Below, piece by piece: positions 20,498-32,821 of a stretch of DNA of 64,000 nt. Within the stretch, counting starts at the first letter, position 1, and the number at the start of each line of letters is the position of its first letter. Where the stretch lies: contig JAHDYR010000012.1 of the NCBI GenBank assembly GCA_019828565.1, forward strand, positions 620,001 through 684,000, given 5' to 3'. The position numbers and the translations under genes were made by a program. Source of the DNA: Carpediemonas membranifera BICM. Taxonomy: Eukaryota; Protista; Fornicata. The notes under the pieces were generated by a model. That model made no database searches, was not told where the DNA came from, and saw only the letters and a program-made list of their open reading frames with translations.

Positions 20498-21694
20498 ATG
20501 AATGGGGTGAAGGGTTTCTCTCTCAGCACAATTATTGGGTGCATCTTGTTCCTTACGATCGGATGTGCCCCGTTCCTGATCGTTAACACCCTTTGGGCCG
20601 AGCTTGTCTTTCTCGAGGAGCTGCCCGAAGGAGACGACATTTCGACGATTCTATCGAATACCTACAATGTCGCTAACATAGGCCTGTTCCTATACGGCCT
20701 TGGTCAGCTCTTTGGCAGCAAGTTCGAGCGATTCGTCCGTGATGATGTCTTCCAGGTCGTCCTCATCCTCATCGGGCTCGTCGGATGCACCCTTCTGAGC
20801 TTCGGGTGGGATGTGACGATCCCCATTGACGGTCACCGCTTCTCGGTCATCGTCTACATCGGCTCCATCATCTCTGGCATCGTCGGCTGCTTCTCAATGG
20901 TGACTGCCTTTGGTCTCGCCTCGAAGTACCGGCCGGTATTCACGCCCTGGCTATCCATGGGGCTGAGTCTCTCCGGCATCATCACCGCCCTCTGGTCCGA
21001 GGTGCAGCTCCACGTCCTCCCCGTCCGTGCAGTCGGCCTCACCTTCGCAGGTTGTGGGTGCGCCCTGCTGCTGGCTCTATTGGCCCTATTGGTCATCATG
21101 GTCGTTCCCAGGCCGTTCCAGCGTGCCCCCGTGCCCGAGGAGGAGCCGGCCGAGACGCTGCTGCCCCGCGACACGCCCCCGCCCCTCCTCGTGCTAGCCA
21201 TCCCCGTCGTCATGCAGGTGGTGAACGCGGCCGGTGTGTACTTCGTGATGCCCGGCCTACTGCCTTACATGGTGCGGCCGTACGGCGCCTCCCTCCAGGC
21301 GCTGTACAACGCCGTCTACCAGGTCACCGGCGTCGTCGGCAGGGCCCTCGCCGGAGTCACACTGCTCCACCGCGTCCACGTCGGCTACTATCTTGCTGTG
21401 TACGTCTGCGGCATGGTCCTGCTGCTGGGCACTGTGCCGCTCGGTGTCAATGGTCCCTTCATCATGCAGGCCGAGTGGATCGCCCAGGTCTCGCTGCTGG
21501 GCGCCCTGACGGTGTTGAACGGCTTCATCGGCACAGTCGTGTACACAATGCTGAACACCGACGCTGTCCCTCCGGCCACGAGGGCCCGCGTCAGCCGGGT
21601 TATCTCCCTCGGGAATCAGGTGGGGTACGCCGTCGGCAGCGTGGGGTGTCTCGCGGCGGTGCATCTCTTCCGCGTGGCTGACTCCCGTTACTAA
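20498..21694 (+). CDS. SLC52-like (riboflavin transporter family) membrane protein
   Basis: NTLWAEL..LEELPEG..I...L......ANIG signature; about 11 TM segments. Confidence 0.75.
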   Translation: MNGVKGFSLSTIIGCILFLTIGCAPFLIVNTLWAELVFLEELPEGDDISTILSNTYNVANIGLFLYGLGQLFGSKFERFVRDDVFQVVLILIGLVGCTLLSFGWDVTIPIDGHRFSVIVYIGSIISGIVGCFSMVTAFGLASKYRPVFTPWLSMGLSLSGIITALWSEVQLHVLPVRAVGLTFAGCGCALLLALLALLVIMVVPRPFQRAPVPEEEPAETLLPRDTPPPLLVLAIPVVMQVVNAAGVYFVMPGLLPYMVRPYGASLQALYNAVYQVTGVVGRALAGVTLLHRVHVGYYLAVYVCGMVLLLGTVPLGVNGPFIMQAEWIAQVSLLGALTVLNGFIGTVVYTMLNTDAVPPATRARVSRVISLGNQVGYAVGSVGCLAAVHLFRVADSRY

Positions 21695-21712
21695 ATGTGT
21701 CATATCCATTTA

Positions 21713-23953
21713 TCACTCGCTAAATAGCCCGGCGTTATAGATTCGGACGATCTGTTCGGCGGGCAGGCGGCAGATGGGGCAGCGCTTGAGCGTGTGCGCC
21801 GTCTTCTTCACGCAGTCCTCGCACACGGACCGGTGACCGCAGGGGATGTAGGCGTGGTCGGCCACCTTGTCGCAGCAGATGATGCACAGTTGGCCCCTGC
21901 CAGACGCCTCGGCGCTCTCCATGGCCGACAGCGTCTCCCGCAGCAGCTCCCGGGCCGACTCGATCGACATCAGCACCGCCCAGACGTGGTCGGCGTCCAG
22001 TGCTGCCATGGCTGCGATCTCTCGCTGCCACTTGTGAACCGGCACCGCCAGGGCCTTGAGGTCTCCCCGACCTGCCTTCAGGATCTCACGGCCCTCGAGG
22101 GCAACGGCTTCCTTGGCGGCCTGGACGGCGTCGTACTTGGCCTGGGCGGCCTTTGTGCGCGACTGGGACTCCTTGCCTGGCGGGATGATGACGTTCGCAA
22201 CGTGCTGGCAGGCCGCGAAGGCCGTCATCGCCTGCTTCCTGAGGGCGTGGAACTCGTCGATGGTGACCTCGCTGCTGACTGAGTGCGTCAGGGTGGCCGC
22301 CTGTGTCACTAGCTTCAGTGCCGCGACACACTCCCCGACCGCCGGTACAGGGCGAGTGAAGGCTGGAATGCACGCCGCAGCAGCCTCCTTGTACGCGTCA
22401 ATCGGGGAGAGATCCTTGACGCGCTCCTTGTCGCCCTGCACGGCCAGCCCGCCCTCTTCAACGACCAGCAGGGCCATCCCACCGAGCAGACCCTGCGGGA
22501 AGGGTAGCACGAGGCCCTTCACGGTGACGGGTGGCTTGCCCCCGAGCTGGCCATAGTCGTTGTTGCCGAACAGCGTCGTGCAGGACGGCGTCCGGACAAT
22601 GAGTGTGCCCCCGGTCAACTGGACCGCCGTAGCATCTGATCTGATGCGGTCTGTCGGGGTTGGCATGTGGAGCACCGTCCTGTCGCTGTCGGCCAGCAGT
22701 CTGCTGGCGTTCAACCCCCACCCCACCCAACCCCCTGCCCCGTGGGCCACCGTCGTCCCGCCGCCCGTCTGGATCGTCGTGATATGGTCACGAACCACAA
22801 CCAGGGTTGGCTGTAGTGTCAGCATCGTGTGCCCGAGCCCCAGCTGGCCGGTGTCGTTACGGCCGACAGCCATGAGGTCCCCGGAGACGAGCAGGAAGAA
22901 TGTCGACCCATCATTTGATGCGATGGACGCTATGGGGTCGATCTGGACCCTCATGGGTCCTATCGTCTCGTGGTCGTCCATACCCACACCAAGCTGGCCC
23001 CTGTCGTTCAGCCCGCAGGCGAAGACGCGGTCGTCGGCCCCAATCATCCAGGTCGACCCGCAAGCCGTGAACACGCGTGTGATCTGGAACAGCGAGGCGA
23101 TCGGTGCGAACCTGGGGGCGGGGTTGGCGTGGCCCATGAACAACTGGCCGTGTTCGTTCGACCCGGCAGCGACCCACCCCCCGCCGGCCAGTCGGATGAA
23201 GGTTGACCCGTAGGCTGTCACTGCGTCCACGGCGAGGTCGGGCAGGGTGATCCTCGTGAAGCTGTCCGCCTCGGTGCCGACCGGCAGCCCGAGCTGGCCG
23301 ACGTCGTTGAGTCCAGCGACCCACGCCCGCCCGTCCGTAGACACCAGCACAGTGGACCCGTGTGAAGACGCGATGACCTTGGGGATGACGTTCTTGGGTA
23401 GGTCGACCTTGGTGTCGCTCTCCACCATCCGACGGTGTCCGAGTCCGAGCTCGCCAGCCATATTCGCACCTCGCGCCGTGAGGACGCCGGCAGCCCCGTT
23501 ACTACCAGGACGGTATGTGAACTTCCCCAGGCCGCCGCCGACATGGAATCCAACTGGCTCCAGGGCGTCCGTGCCGTCGTTGACGGAGGGCTCCTGCGTG
23601 TCCGACTGCCGAACCATGCGGCCGGCCATCCAGATCACCTCGTCGTCAGTCGCCAGGCGCTCGAGGGTGGCGAGGCTCTCCTTGCTGAGGTGTGGCATGC
23701 AGCTGTCGAATGCGGCCGCGTTGCCGACGATGACGGCGGATCGGGCGAGGAGCAGCACCGTCTGTATTTTGTATGCCGCAGGGTCAGTGTATAGGTCTAG
23801 GAGAGTGTATATGTCCTCCCTGGGTGCCGTGTGGATCGTTTTCATGGAGTACAGCCCAACGAGGCGGGAGAACTCGTCGCCTGCTGGTGGAGACATCCTA
23901 TTCGGGAACGGGCCAAGGTCAAGAACAGAATCTTGGTCGTTGTTTTCGCTCAT
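21713..23953 (-). CDS. RCC1-repeat protein with C-terminal C3HC4 RING (putative E3 ligase)
   Basis: Repeated G.N..GQLG motifs; C-terminal CIICCD..ADHAYIPCGHRSVCEDC..CPICR. Confidence 0.88.
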   Translation of the reverse strand: MSENNDQDSVLDLGPFPNRMSPPAGDEFSRLVGLYSMKTIHTAPREDIYTLLDLYTDPAAYKIQTVLLLARSAVIVGNAAAFDSCMPHLSKESLATLERLATDDEVIWMAGRMVRQSDTQEPSVNDGTDALEPVGFHVGGGLGKFTYRPGSNGAAGVLTARGANMAGELGLGHRRMVESDTKVDLPKNVIPKVIASSHGSTVLVSTDGRAWVAGLNDVGQLGLPVGTEADSFTRITLPDLAVDAVTAYGSTFIRLAGGGWVAAGSNEHGQLFMGHANPAPRFAPIASLFQITRVFTACGSTWMIGADDRVFACGLNDRGQLGVGMDDHETIGPMRVQIDPIASIASNDGSTFFLLVSGDLMAVGRNDTGQLGLGHTMLTLQPTLVVVRDHITTIQTGGGTTVAHGAGGWVGWGLNASRLLADSDRTVLHMPTPTDRIRSDATAVQLTGGTLIVRTPSCTTLFGNNDYGQLGGKPPVTVKGLVLPFPQGLLGGMALLVVEEGGLAVQGDKERVKDLSPIDAYKEAAAACIPAFTRPVPAVGECVAALKLVTQAATLTHSVSSEVTIDEFHALRKQAMTAFAACQHVANVIIPPGKESQSRTKAAQAKYDAVQAAKEAVALEGREILKAGRGDLKALAVPVHKWQREIAAMAALDADHVWAVLMSIESARELLRETLSAMESAEASGRGQLCIICCDKVADHAYIPCGHRSVCEDCVKKTAHTLKRCPICRLPAEQIVRIYNAGLFSE

Positions 23954-24131
23954 CGATGACGTGAGCGACCAATGGGTGGATAAGGCTCATGACATGCCCC
24001 CAATGACACGGCAGTTTATGGAAAGCGGAATTAACGGGTCAACCACGAGGCACACGAGCCAGGCACGGGCTCAGCCGCGGTCTACCGCGGTTTCGGCAGA
24101 AAAACTTTCTGACAAGAATCAATCGCTGTGA

Positions 24132-25394
<1,263 letters not shown>

Positions 25395-25465
25395 AGACGA
25401 CAGTGCATGCTCTCGGGTGACGGTAGGCTGCGGTGCTATGTGGCAGCGCCGTCGGGCGGTTTTTC

Positions 25466-28400
25466 ATGACACTAATGGTTGGCGCGCTGGATCTATTGCC
25501 GTGGGACAGAAGCATGGCACCAGCTGCCGCCATACAACACTATATAACGCTGTTTACCTATCGATGCCAACAGATTGCAGCTTCTCCGCCTCCTACACAA
25601 GAAGAGTTTGAGTTGCTTGATACCATCCTTGCCGAGGCTATAGCTCATAAGCGACAGTACGAGCAGCTCATCATAACGCTTATCTCCGCTGTCACCCAGT
25701 ACCACATGCTCCTATTGCCCAACGACCTCGCTCTTGCACACCTTGCCGATTTCATCGCGAGCAACCGAAACTCAGGCGTCCCGAGGGCCATGCCACCCTT
25801 GTTCAAGGTGGTAGCTACCCACATGAGCCGCCTGGTTGCAGTGGTGGCCAACACAAAGCCCCCATCGGTTGAGACAGTCGCAATGGTGTGGGGCATCTCG
25901 GTCGAGGCGGCAATGTTCGCCAGCCTCACCGCAGGAACGATCGACATCGCTGCTCTATGGGACGCGACCAAGCGTTACCTCGTTGGAATGCCGGTAAGGT
26001 ACCTCAGCGACGACCATCTCGCCGCGCGGGCCGAGCTAGCGCAGTTCGTCAACGAAGTGAAGGACAACAAGTACGTCACCAACCGACCCGAGCTCGAGGC
26101 GGCCGGCGTGTTATACGTCAACCTTCGACAGTTCCGGTCACCTTCAAGCCAGGCGAGGGCGCAAGTTCTCAACGGTCTGAATAGCATCCTCAAGGGTGCC
26201 CTGAACCAAACCCCCGAGGCGAACATGGCAATCGCACAGGCCGTCGTCGCCTTCAGGGTGGCCCCCCTCCTCCTGCTCTACCGTCCCGAGCCCCAGTTGC
26301 TGCGTGCCTCGGGTCACGCGCTCGGCCTCGTCTCAATGATGGGCGGCCTACCGATCCCGCTGCTGACTTCGGCCCTGAACACCCTGCCCGACGCCTGTGT
26401 GGAGCAGCTGGGCGGGGCCCTCGTCCAGATGTGCATCTATACCCCCTCGGCCCAGGTGTTCGACGTCGTCTTCGGTGCGCTGAAGGCTACCACCAGGACC
26501 GACCCGACGGTGCTGAAGGTCCTCGGCCACATGCTGTTCATAGTTCAGCGGTACAGCCCCGAGCGCATGCAGCCTGTCGCGAGGAAGCTCGTCGCGCAGT
26601 GGATCGCCGGCGGCTGCCCCCAGAATCTGCCGGCCCAGCTCTTCGAGAACAGGCCGGTCTGTCCAGCCTTGCCCGTCGTCGCGGCCGCTCTCGTCTCCCA
26701 GGTGCCCCCATCGAGCCCTGTGGTCGACCAGGTCTACCAGGCGATGCGGATGGCCGTCGAATGGCTGACCAGCGAGACAGACGTCGCCGCCATAGAACTG
26801 CTGCTGTCCTCCCAGGTCCTGGCGAGGGTCGACTCCGTGCCCGACTACGCCTTGGGCGCCTTCACCGAGCTGTGGGGGGCCAGTCTCTCCGCCGCCTCGG
26901 TGATGGACGCCGTGGGTATCATATTCCCAGCAGGCCTGCTGGAGCCCCTGTACCGCCGCTGCCGCTCGATCGACCCCATCCCCGTGCTTGCGATGCGGCT
27001 GACCTTGCCGGCCGAGATCCGCGCCCTCGTGCCCCTTGACTCGCTCGAGCCCGTCGTCGCCGAGGCTATGACCATCGCGGACCCGATGACAGCCATCCCC
27101 GCTGTGCTGCAGGGCACTCTCCTGCGGCACCAGCTGCCGCCCTGCCTCTATTCCTACCTCATCCACGACCTGGAGGACCGACCCGAGGTGTGCTTCCTCA
27201 TTGCTGTCTCGTTCATCGCACAGCAGGACGACCGCGAGCTGTGTGTTCGCACAGCCCTGTCTCGCGTGTTGACCGTCCAGCTGGCGGTCGACGTGCTCAA
27301 CTGTCTGCTCGACGGCCCCGCACCCGACCGGCTGTACCACGTGCTCGAGCTCGTATTCTCGACAATAACCCCGCCGTGGCACGTAGTGTGGGCCAACAAC
27401 GTCGAGATGGCACTCACACGGGCAATCGCTGACGTACCCAGCCAGATCGTCGTCCGGGACGGCGCTGGCGAAGGCACCACGTTCAACGTCGTCCGAAGCC
27501 ACACCTTGGCCGACCTGGCCGAGCAGTGCGGCGCCGAGACGCTCTCCGTCGACGGGCTGCTCCTGCCTCTGTCGACGCCCATCGGCAGGGTTCCCAGGTC
27601 TCCCGCCAAGCCCTCAGCGGAGGTCTGCCCCGGCGGTGTGGACCCCAGCGACGCAGTATGGCGGACTGCGCTCGCCCACCCGGGCATGGTCGACGTCGGA
27701 CTGTACGCCGCGCTCATGCCGACCCCGCCGCCTCCCCCGCCCGCCGACGCCCCTGCGGTGCTCCACACCCTCTTTACCAGGGCATCAGCCCTCTCGGTCA
27801 TCCGGGGCGGCCCTTTCCCGCCCCTCGAGACCGTGACCCGCGCCGCCGATCCTGTGCTCGAGGCTGCCCTGCTGACAGCGATGATGTTCGACGGCGGCCT
27901 CCAATGGTTCGACTCCCCGGATGCGTCCCCCGTCCCCAGCGTCAACACGGGGCTGCTCCCGGTGCTGGCGAGGGTTGTGGCGTCGTGCTACGGCGTCCCC
28001 GAGCCAGTGGCCGATCGGTTCGTCCCCGCAGACACACTCATGATCGGCATGTGCGCCGCGGGTCTCGAGCCGGACCTGCAGCTGGAGGGCCCTCATGGAC
28101 CTACCAAAGCTGCGGGCTGGTTCACCGCGATGCACGGCGTGCCTTGGCTGGCCGAGGCTGTAGAGGCCGCTGTCACAAGGGCCGTCGCCCTGGCCCAGGA
28201 CAACCGTCTGCTCGTCCAGCTGGCCATAGTCCCCGCGTTCTCAGCGGCCCTCGTGCCTCTATGCCCCGACCGCGGGGTCGAGGTCGATGAGCTCAGACCC
28301 GACCCCGCCGACCTCGAGACCCAGGCCGCCATGGCCCTAGCCTACCCCTCGTATAAGCCCGCCGCAGACCCGGCCGGCCTGGCAGCCAACCTGACCCTCG

Positions 28401-31400
28401 ACTCCCCCCTGGCAATCCAGTCGACCGCGATCCTCAGGGGCACGCGGTACATGACCGCATGGGTCGAGACCGTGTTGTCTGCCATACCGACGTCCGAGCT
28501 ACTGGACGCCTGGGACCAGGTTGAGGGTGCCGGGGCCCACGGGGTAGGTCTGAACAACCTCGGGGCAACCTGCTACATGAACGCGACCCTGCAGCTGCTG
28601 TTCTCGATCCCACTTTTCCGGAAGCGGATCTTCGATTGCCACGAGGACGCCGCTGCACCGGGCTCCGCTGCCCTGCACCAACTGAGGAAGCTGTTCGCAT
28701 TCATGGCGACACCCGGCATCGCTTGGACGGACACGCGGCCCCTGCTGCAGACCCTCGTATTCAACGGCAATGCTGTCAGCGAGCACGAGCAGCAGGACGC
28801 CAACGAATTCCTGATGCAGCTCGAGGACCATCTGGAGAAGGCGCTGGAGGCTGGGGGCTGCGGCGACACGTTCAAGAAGACCATCGGGCTGCAGTCGAGG
28901 GTTGAGATGACCGGGAAGGCCCCATGCACTCACCGCCGCCACACCGCGGACCCTGCTTTCGCCCTCTCGGTGGACGTCCGCGGGTTCGAGGACCTGCACG
29001 CCTCGCTGACCAGCCTGACGAAGGCCGAGGAGATGGGCGGGGACAACGCGCTAACGTGCGATGAATGCGGCTGCAAGAGGGACACCGTGCGGAGGGTGAC
29101 GCTGGATGAGCTGCCCGACCATCTGCTCGTCCACCTCAAGCGGTTCGAGTTCTCGGTGGAGACCATGTCAAACGACAAGATCGACGACCGGTTCGCGTTC
29201 CCCCTTAACCTGGACCTGACGACGTACAGCTCAGAGTACCTCGCCCGGGACGACAGCGATGCTCCATGGCGGTCAAGTCGGCCCGAGGGCTACTACTGCT
29301 ACCGCTTGTGCGGCGTCATCGTCCAGGCGGGGTCACTCCACTTCGGACACTACTACGCTCTGCTGAAGCGGAACGGTGGGTGGGTGTGTGCGAACGATGA
29401 GAGCCTTCAGCCGTACGACCCCGAGAAGCTCTCCGAGGACACGTTCGGCGGCACTGCCCGGGGCCCGACAGCGTACATGCTGCTGTACACGAGGGACGGG
29501 GCGACACCCGACCCGCCGGTGCCAGACGAGTTCATGGAGGCGGCCCGGGACAAGATCAGAGCATCCCAGGCCATGCAGATCGCTAGGTCCGCGGCATTCG
29601 GCCTCTCGGTCAGCCTGGTGCCACAGTCTTGCGCCGTCACGGCAGTCGCTCTGCACATCATGGGCGCCTGGCCCGATAATGCGGCCGCGACGGCAGCCAT
29701 GCTGACCCAGACTCAGGTGGCCGACATGGTCAGCGGGCTCTGCATCAGACCCAGGGCCTCCCACCCGGCGGCCCGGATCCCGACGTTCGACTTGGACGCC
29801 GAGTCGGACCCCGAATACGTCGAAGAGACGCCAGTCCCGGCCGTGGCATGCCGGCTGTGGCATGCCGTCAGGACACGCGTGCAGGCCCTCGCTCTGGGTT
29901 GGGGCCGCGTCATCAGGGTCCTGCTCGCTGCCGAAGTCCCACCCGACTCCCGCGCGGACGTCGTCGAGTGGGCGGTGTACGTGATGGGGCAGGACGCCGA
30001 GCTGCTGGCCGACCCAGCAACACCGGCCCTACTGAGGCAGTGCGGGACGGTGCGGGCCCTCGCCCACACGAATGCCGTGGCTGCGATGGCCGAGCACGTC
30101 CCGTCCGCCTGCCCGGAGACGCTGGCTCTGCTCGCCGAGACTCTACCGCACGCCAGCCAGTCCACGCCTGAGCCCGACGCCGGGGCAGTGTCAATCGGAC
30201 TGGGGGCCCTCGAAGAGGACACGCTTCTGGCGCTGCACCCCTTACTGAACTCTCAGTTCCCGGAGGTCTTCGTCAACTTCAGCGTCCTCGACGACTGGTC
30301 GGCACCGGGCGAGGGACGCTGGCTGCTGGGGTCTGATGAGCTCCCAAACGGCGCCATCGACATCCTCCACTCGCTGCTGACTGCCCAACCCCTACGCCGC
30401 TTCAAGGCCGTCAGGTCGAACCCCGCGCTTGCCCTCGCCCTCGCTGGCCTCGTGCGGGCCGACCAGCAGCTGGCCAGCAAACTGTCGGCGCACCTCGGGG
30501 CCATCATGCCTGGGGCCGGCGACAGCATCAGTGCCCATCGTGCCGTGACCGCGCTTCTCGTCGGCTTGCTTGACTCTGACGCCCGCGCCGAGGTTTCCAA
30601 CGCCTTGGTCAACTCCTGGCTGTGCGACTCCCTCACCGTCTGTGTCGTCGGGACTCTCATCAATGCCCAGCCGGCCCTTGCAACGCAGGTGGTGACTGCC
30701 AAGGCAGCTCTCTGGGGCCCTCGGCTGGGGACGGACGACACGGACGCCATGCAAACCCCCATCGTCATCGGCCTGCTGCAGCTGTTGCCCCAGGTCCGCG
30801 CCGACGTCACCGGTCTTGTCAGCTCAATCGCCGCGTGCGTGGGGCGACCCCAGCGCATCGACGACGACATGCTCCCGTCGATTTACACACCCCTCCTCCG
30901 TATCATGGCGGTCTCGGCGGCCCCCGACTCCGGTCTCGCGAGTCGCCTCGCCATCATCACCGGGCCAAACCATGTAGAGGTGCTGGACGCCATCGATGCG
31001 GTCGCCTCGCACCTCCCCGACCTCACCGAGACGTCCAAGGCCGAGCTCCTCGAGACCGCAGGACACTCTGCCGTCCGGCCCGGGGTTGGCGTCCTGTTGC
31101 ACGCGGCGGTCCTCAAACACCAGATGCCCCGCATCGAGCCCCAACTCGAGCTCCGCGCCATTATAGCCCGCTCTGCGGGCCCCCTAGTTGAGATGATCGA
31201 AGCCCTCGAGCCGCTCAGAGGCGCGCTGTCCGCCGTAGCCTGTGACTCCGACGAGACGCTCCCTGACGAGTTTGATCAGGTCTTCGACATCCTCGGGGAC
31301 GGCTGCCTGCTCGCCTCCCCCAGCCTCTACAGGGCCGTCATGCGGGTCTTTATGAAGAAGACTCGATCCGACCCTGACGGTGCGGGGCGGGTCATCGAGT

Positions 31401-31819
31401 ATGCCCTAACGTGCGGCATTGCCCACGGAAATCTGATCCACTTCGCCCGTATGCTGTCGACCCACTGCACCGCTGAGACGGCTCCCGCCTTGATGACCGC
31501 ACTTCCCCGCAGCCCGTGGCCGGATATGCTGCTGCTCCTTGCTCCGAGGGCGCACAGTGTCAGCCTCAGTCTTGATGCAATTCCGATGAGTCTGTCTGAC
31601 GCCAAGCTTGACGTCATCGTCGGTGTACCCTGGAGCAAGTCCCAGGTCGCCGGGTTCCAGCTGCTGTACGACGCGGACCCCTCCTTCGGACCCCGGATGC
31701 TGGCGGCGGCGCTGCGGGTTGGTGGTGACGTTGTAAGAAGGAATGTGCAGTTTAGCCGCCTCGGGGTCATACCAGGCCCTGAGGGCGACGCTTGGCGGGA
31801 GCAGACTATGCATTCGTAA
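25466..31819 (+). CDS. large ubiquitin carboxyl-terminal hydrolase (USP, C19; USP9/24/34-like architecture)
   Basis: Cys box GLNNLGATCYMNA, QQDANEF, HLKRF, His box GHYYA..NDE. Start ATG uncertain (25466 or 25514). Confidence 0.92.
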   Translation: MTLMVGALDLLPWDRSMAPAAAIQHYITLFTYRCQQIAASPPPTQEEFELLDTILAEAIAHKRQYEQLIITLISAVTQYHMLLLPNDLALAHLADFIASNRNSGVPRAMPPLFKVVATHMSRLVAVVANTKPPSVETVAMVWGISVEAAMFASLTAGTIDIAALWDATKRYLVGMPVRYLSDDHLAARAELAQFVNEVKDNKYVTNRPELEAAGVLYVNLRQFRSPSSQARAQVLNGLNSILKGALNQTPEANMAIAQAVVAFRVAPLLLLYRPEPQLLRASGHALGLVSMMGGLPIPLLTSALNTLPDACVEQLGGALVQMCIYTPSAQVFDVVFGALKATTRTDPTVLKVLGHMLFIVQRYSPERMQPVARKLVAQWIAGGCPQNLPAQLFENRPVCPALPVVAAALVSQVPPSSPVVDQVYQAMRMAVEWLTSETDVAAIELLLSSQVLARVDSVPDYALGAFTELWGASLSAASVMDAVGIIFPAGLLEPLYRRCRSIDPIPVLAMRLTLPAEIRALVPLDSLEPVVAEAMTIADPMTAIPAVLQGTLLRHQLPPCLYSYLIHDLEDRPEVCFLIAVSFIAQQDDRELCVRTALSRVLTVQLAVDVLNCLLDGPAPDRLYHVLELVFSTITPPWHVVWANNVEMALTRAIADVPSQIVVRDGAGEGTTFNVVRSHTLADLAEQCGAETLSVDGLLLPLSTPIGRVPRSPAKPSAEVCPGGVDPSDAVWRTALAHPGMVDVGLYAALMPTPPPPPPADAPAVLHTLFTRASALSVIRGGPFPPLETVTRAADPVLEAALLTAMMFDGGLQWFDSPDASPVPSVNTGLLPVLARVVASCYGVPEPVADRFVPADTLMIGMCAAGLEPDLQLEGPHGPTKAAGWFTAMHGVPWLAEAVEAAVTRAVALAQDNRLLVQLAIVPAFSAALVPLCPDRGVEVDELRPDPADLETQAAMALAYPSYKPAADPAGLAANLTLDSPLAIQSTAILRGTRYMTAWVETVLSAIPTSELLDAWDQVEGAGAHGVGLNNLGATCYMNATLQLLFSIPLFRKRIFDCHEDAAAPGSAALHQLRKLFAFMATPGIAWTDTRPLLQTLVFNGNAVSEHEQQDANEFLMQLEDHLEKALEAGGCGDTFKKTIGLQSRVEMTGKAPCTHRRHTADPAFALSVDVRGFEDLHASLTSLTKAEEMGGDNALTCDECGCKRDTVRRVTLDELPDHLLVHLKRFEFSVETMSNDKIDDRFAFPLNLDLTTYSSEYLARDDSDAPWRSSRPEGYYCYRLCGVIVQAGSLHFGHYYALLKRNGGWVCANDESLQPYDPEKLSEDTFGGTARGPTAYMLLYTRDGATPDPPVPDEFMEAARDKIRASQAMQIARSAAFGLSVSLVPQSCAVTAVALHIMGAWPDNAAATAAMLTQTQVADMVSGLCIRPRASHPAARIPTFDLDAESDPEYVEETPVPAVACRLWHAVRTRVQALALGWGRVIRVLLAAEVPPDSRADVVEWAVYVMGQDAELLADPATPALLRQCGTVRALAHTNAVAAMAEHVPSACPETLALLAETLPHASQSTPEPDAGAVSIGLGALEEDTLLALHPLLNSQFPEVFVNFSVLDDWSAPGEGRWLLGSDELPNGAIDILHSLLTAQPLRRFKAVRSNPALALALAGLVRADQQLASKLSAHLGAIMPGAGDSISAHRAVTALLVGLLDSDARAEVSNALVNSWLCDSLTVCVVGTLINAQPALATQVVTAKAALWGPRLGTDDTDAMQTPIVIGLLQLLPQVRADVTGLVSSIAACVGRPQRIDDDMLPSIYTPLLRIMAVSAAPDSGLASRLAIITGPNHVEVLDAIDAVASHLPDLTETSKAELLETAGHSAVRPGVGVLLHAAVLKHQMPRIEPQLELRAIIARSAGPLVEMIEALEPLRGALSAVACDSDETLPDEFDQVFDILGDGCLLASPSLYRAVMRVFMKKTRSDPDGAGRVIEYALTCGIAHGNLIHFARMLSTHCTAETAPALMTALPRSPWPDMLLLLAPRAHSVSLSLDAIPMSLSDAKLDVIVGVPWSKSQVAGFQLLYDADPSFGPRMLAAALRVGGDVVRRNVQFSRLGVIPGPEGDAWREQTMHS

Positions 31820-32748
31820 ACGCAGCTTATCAGATGGATCTTACTGTTACAGCCAACTGGCGTGTATTCGATGGAATGAACGGGGTTAAAGTGCGCGGTA
31901 TCTGATGGGGCATCGGTATCCTAGCGTCGTGCTGCAGTGAAGACGCGGGCAGGACTGATTTGAAGCGCATTGAGGTTGATTCTGTCTACTGGCGACTTGG
32001 GGTGACGGCCAATCTGGCTGACGACACTCGATGGCACTCCAAAGCAAGACTGGACACCTGACGAGTAGACATGCTCACTACGTTCTCGTGTTAAGACCAA
32101 GTCAGTCAAAAGGAATGAGCAGTCCAAGAGAATTGTAAGCCCTCCTCAACCCACTCTATATCCTCTCCTCATAAATGCCGCGGTTCAAGGTTGTTGTCGT
32201 GTCGACACGGCTCACTAGAATTGAGATATGCATCGTCGAGTTGATTATACATGATAAACTGCAAAGGGCTCATAGTCAGTCCTAGGTCCACAACATTTTT
32301 GGTGAGTCATTTTGCTTGAATTTGGAGGTCTCATTGTTTTCAGCTATGGAAGAAGAAGAGTGGGCGACGGGGCGATACGGAGATGGTCTTAGATCGTTCG
32401 GCGCGCCAAATGGCAAAACCCGCCTGCGGTGCAGGATAAGGCAGAATGCCAGGAGCTCGGCGCTGCAAGACCGCGCTCCAAAAGAGTGTCACCTTCACGA
32501 GTAAGAGAGGGCCCACGACGTACCCAGGAGCCTGGCACGGCAATAAGTCAGTGAATGTTTACCCAGAAACAGGGGTTTCTTGCAAAATATTCTTCCCCCC
32601 CGTTGGTAGTCTTATATACGAAGTGGATCAGGTGGCCCGTCAGCCGGGCGATATCAAGGAGGCATGATTTTGGCAGTCAGATTATCTGGCGGCGGACTAT
32701 GGGCAGGACGCAGTTTAAGGACATCCCAAAGGTACAATGGCAAAACTG

Positions 32749-32821
32749 CGCTCCCAGTTGGGCTCGAACCAACGACCTACAGATTAACAGTCTGCCGCTC
32801 TACCGACTGAGCTATGGAAGC
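32749..32821 (-). tRNA. tRNA-Asn (GTT)
   Basis: GCTTCCA..TGGGAGC acceptor stem, D arm AGCTCAGTCGGTAGAGC, anticodon loop CTGTTAA, GTTCGAG T loop, T4 downstream. Confidence 0.97.
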
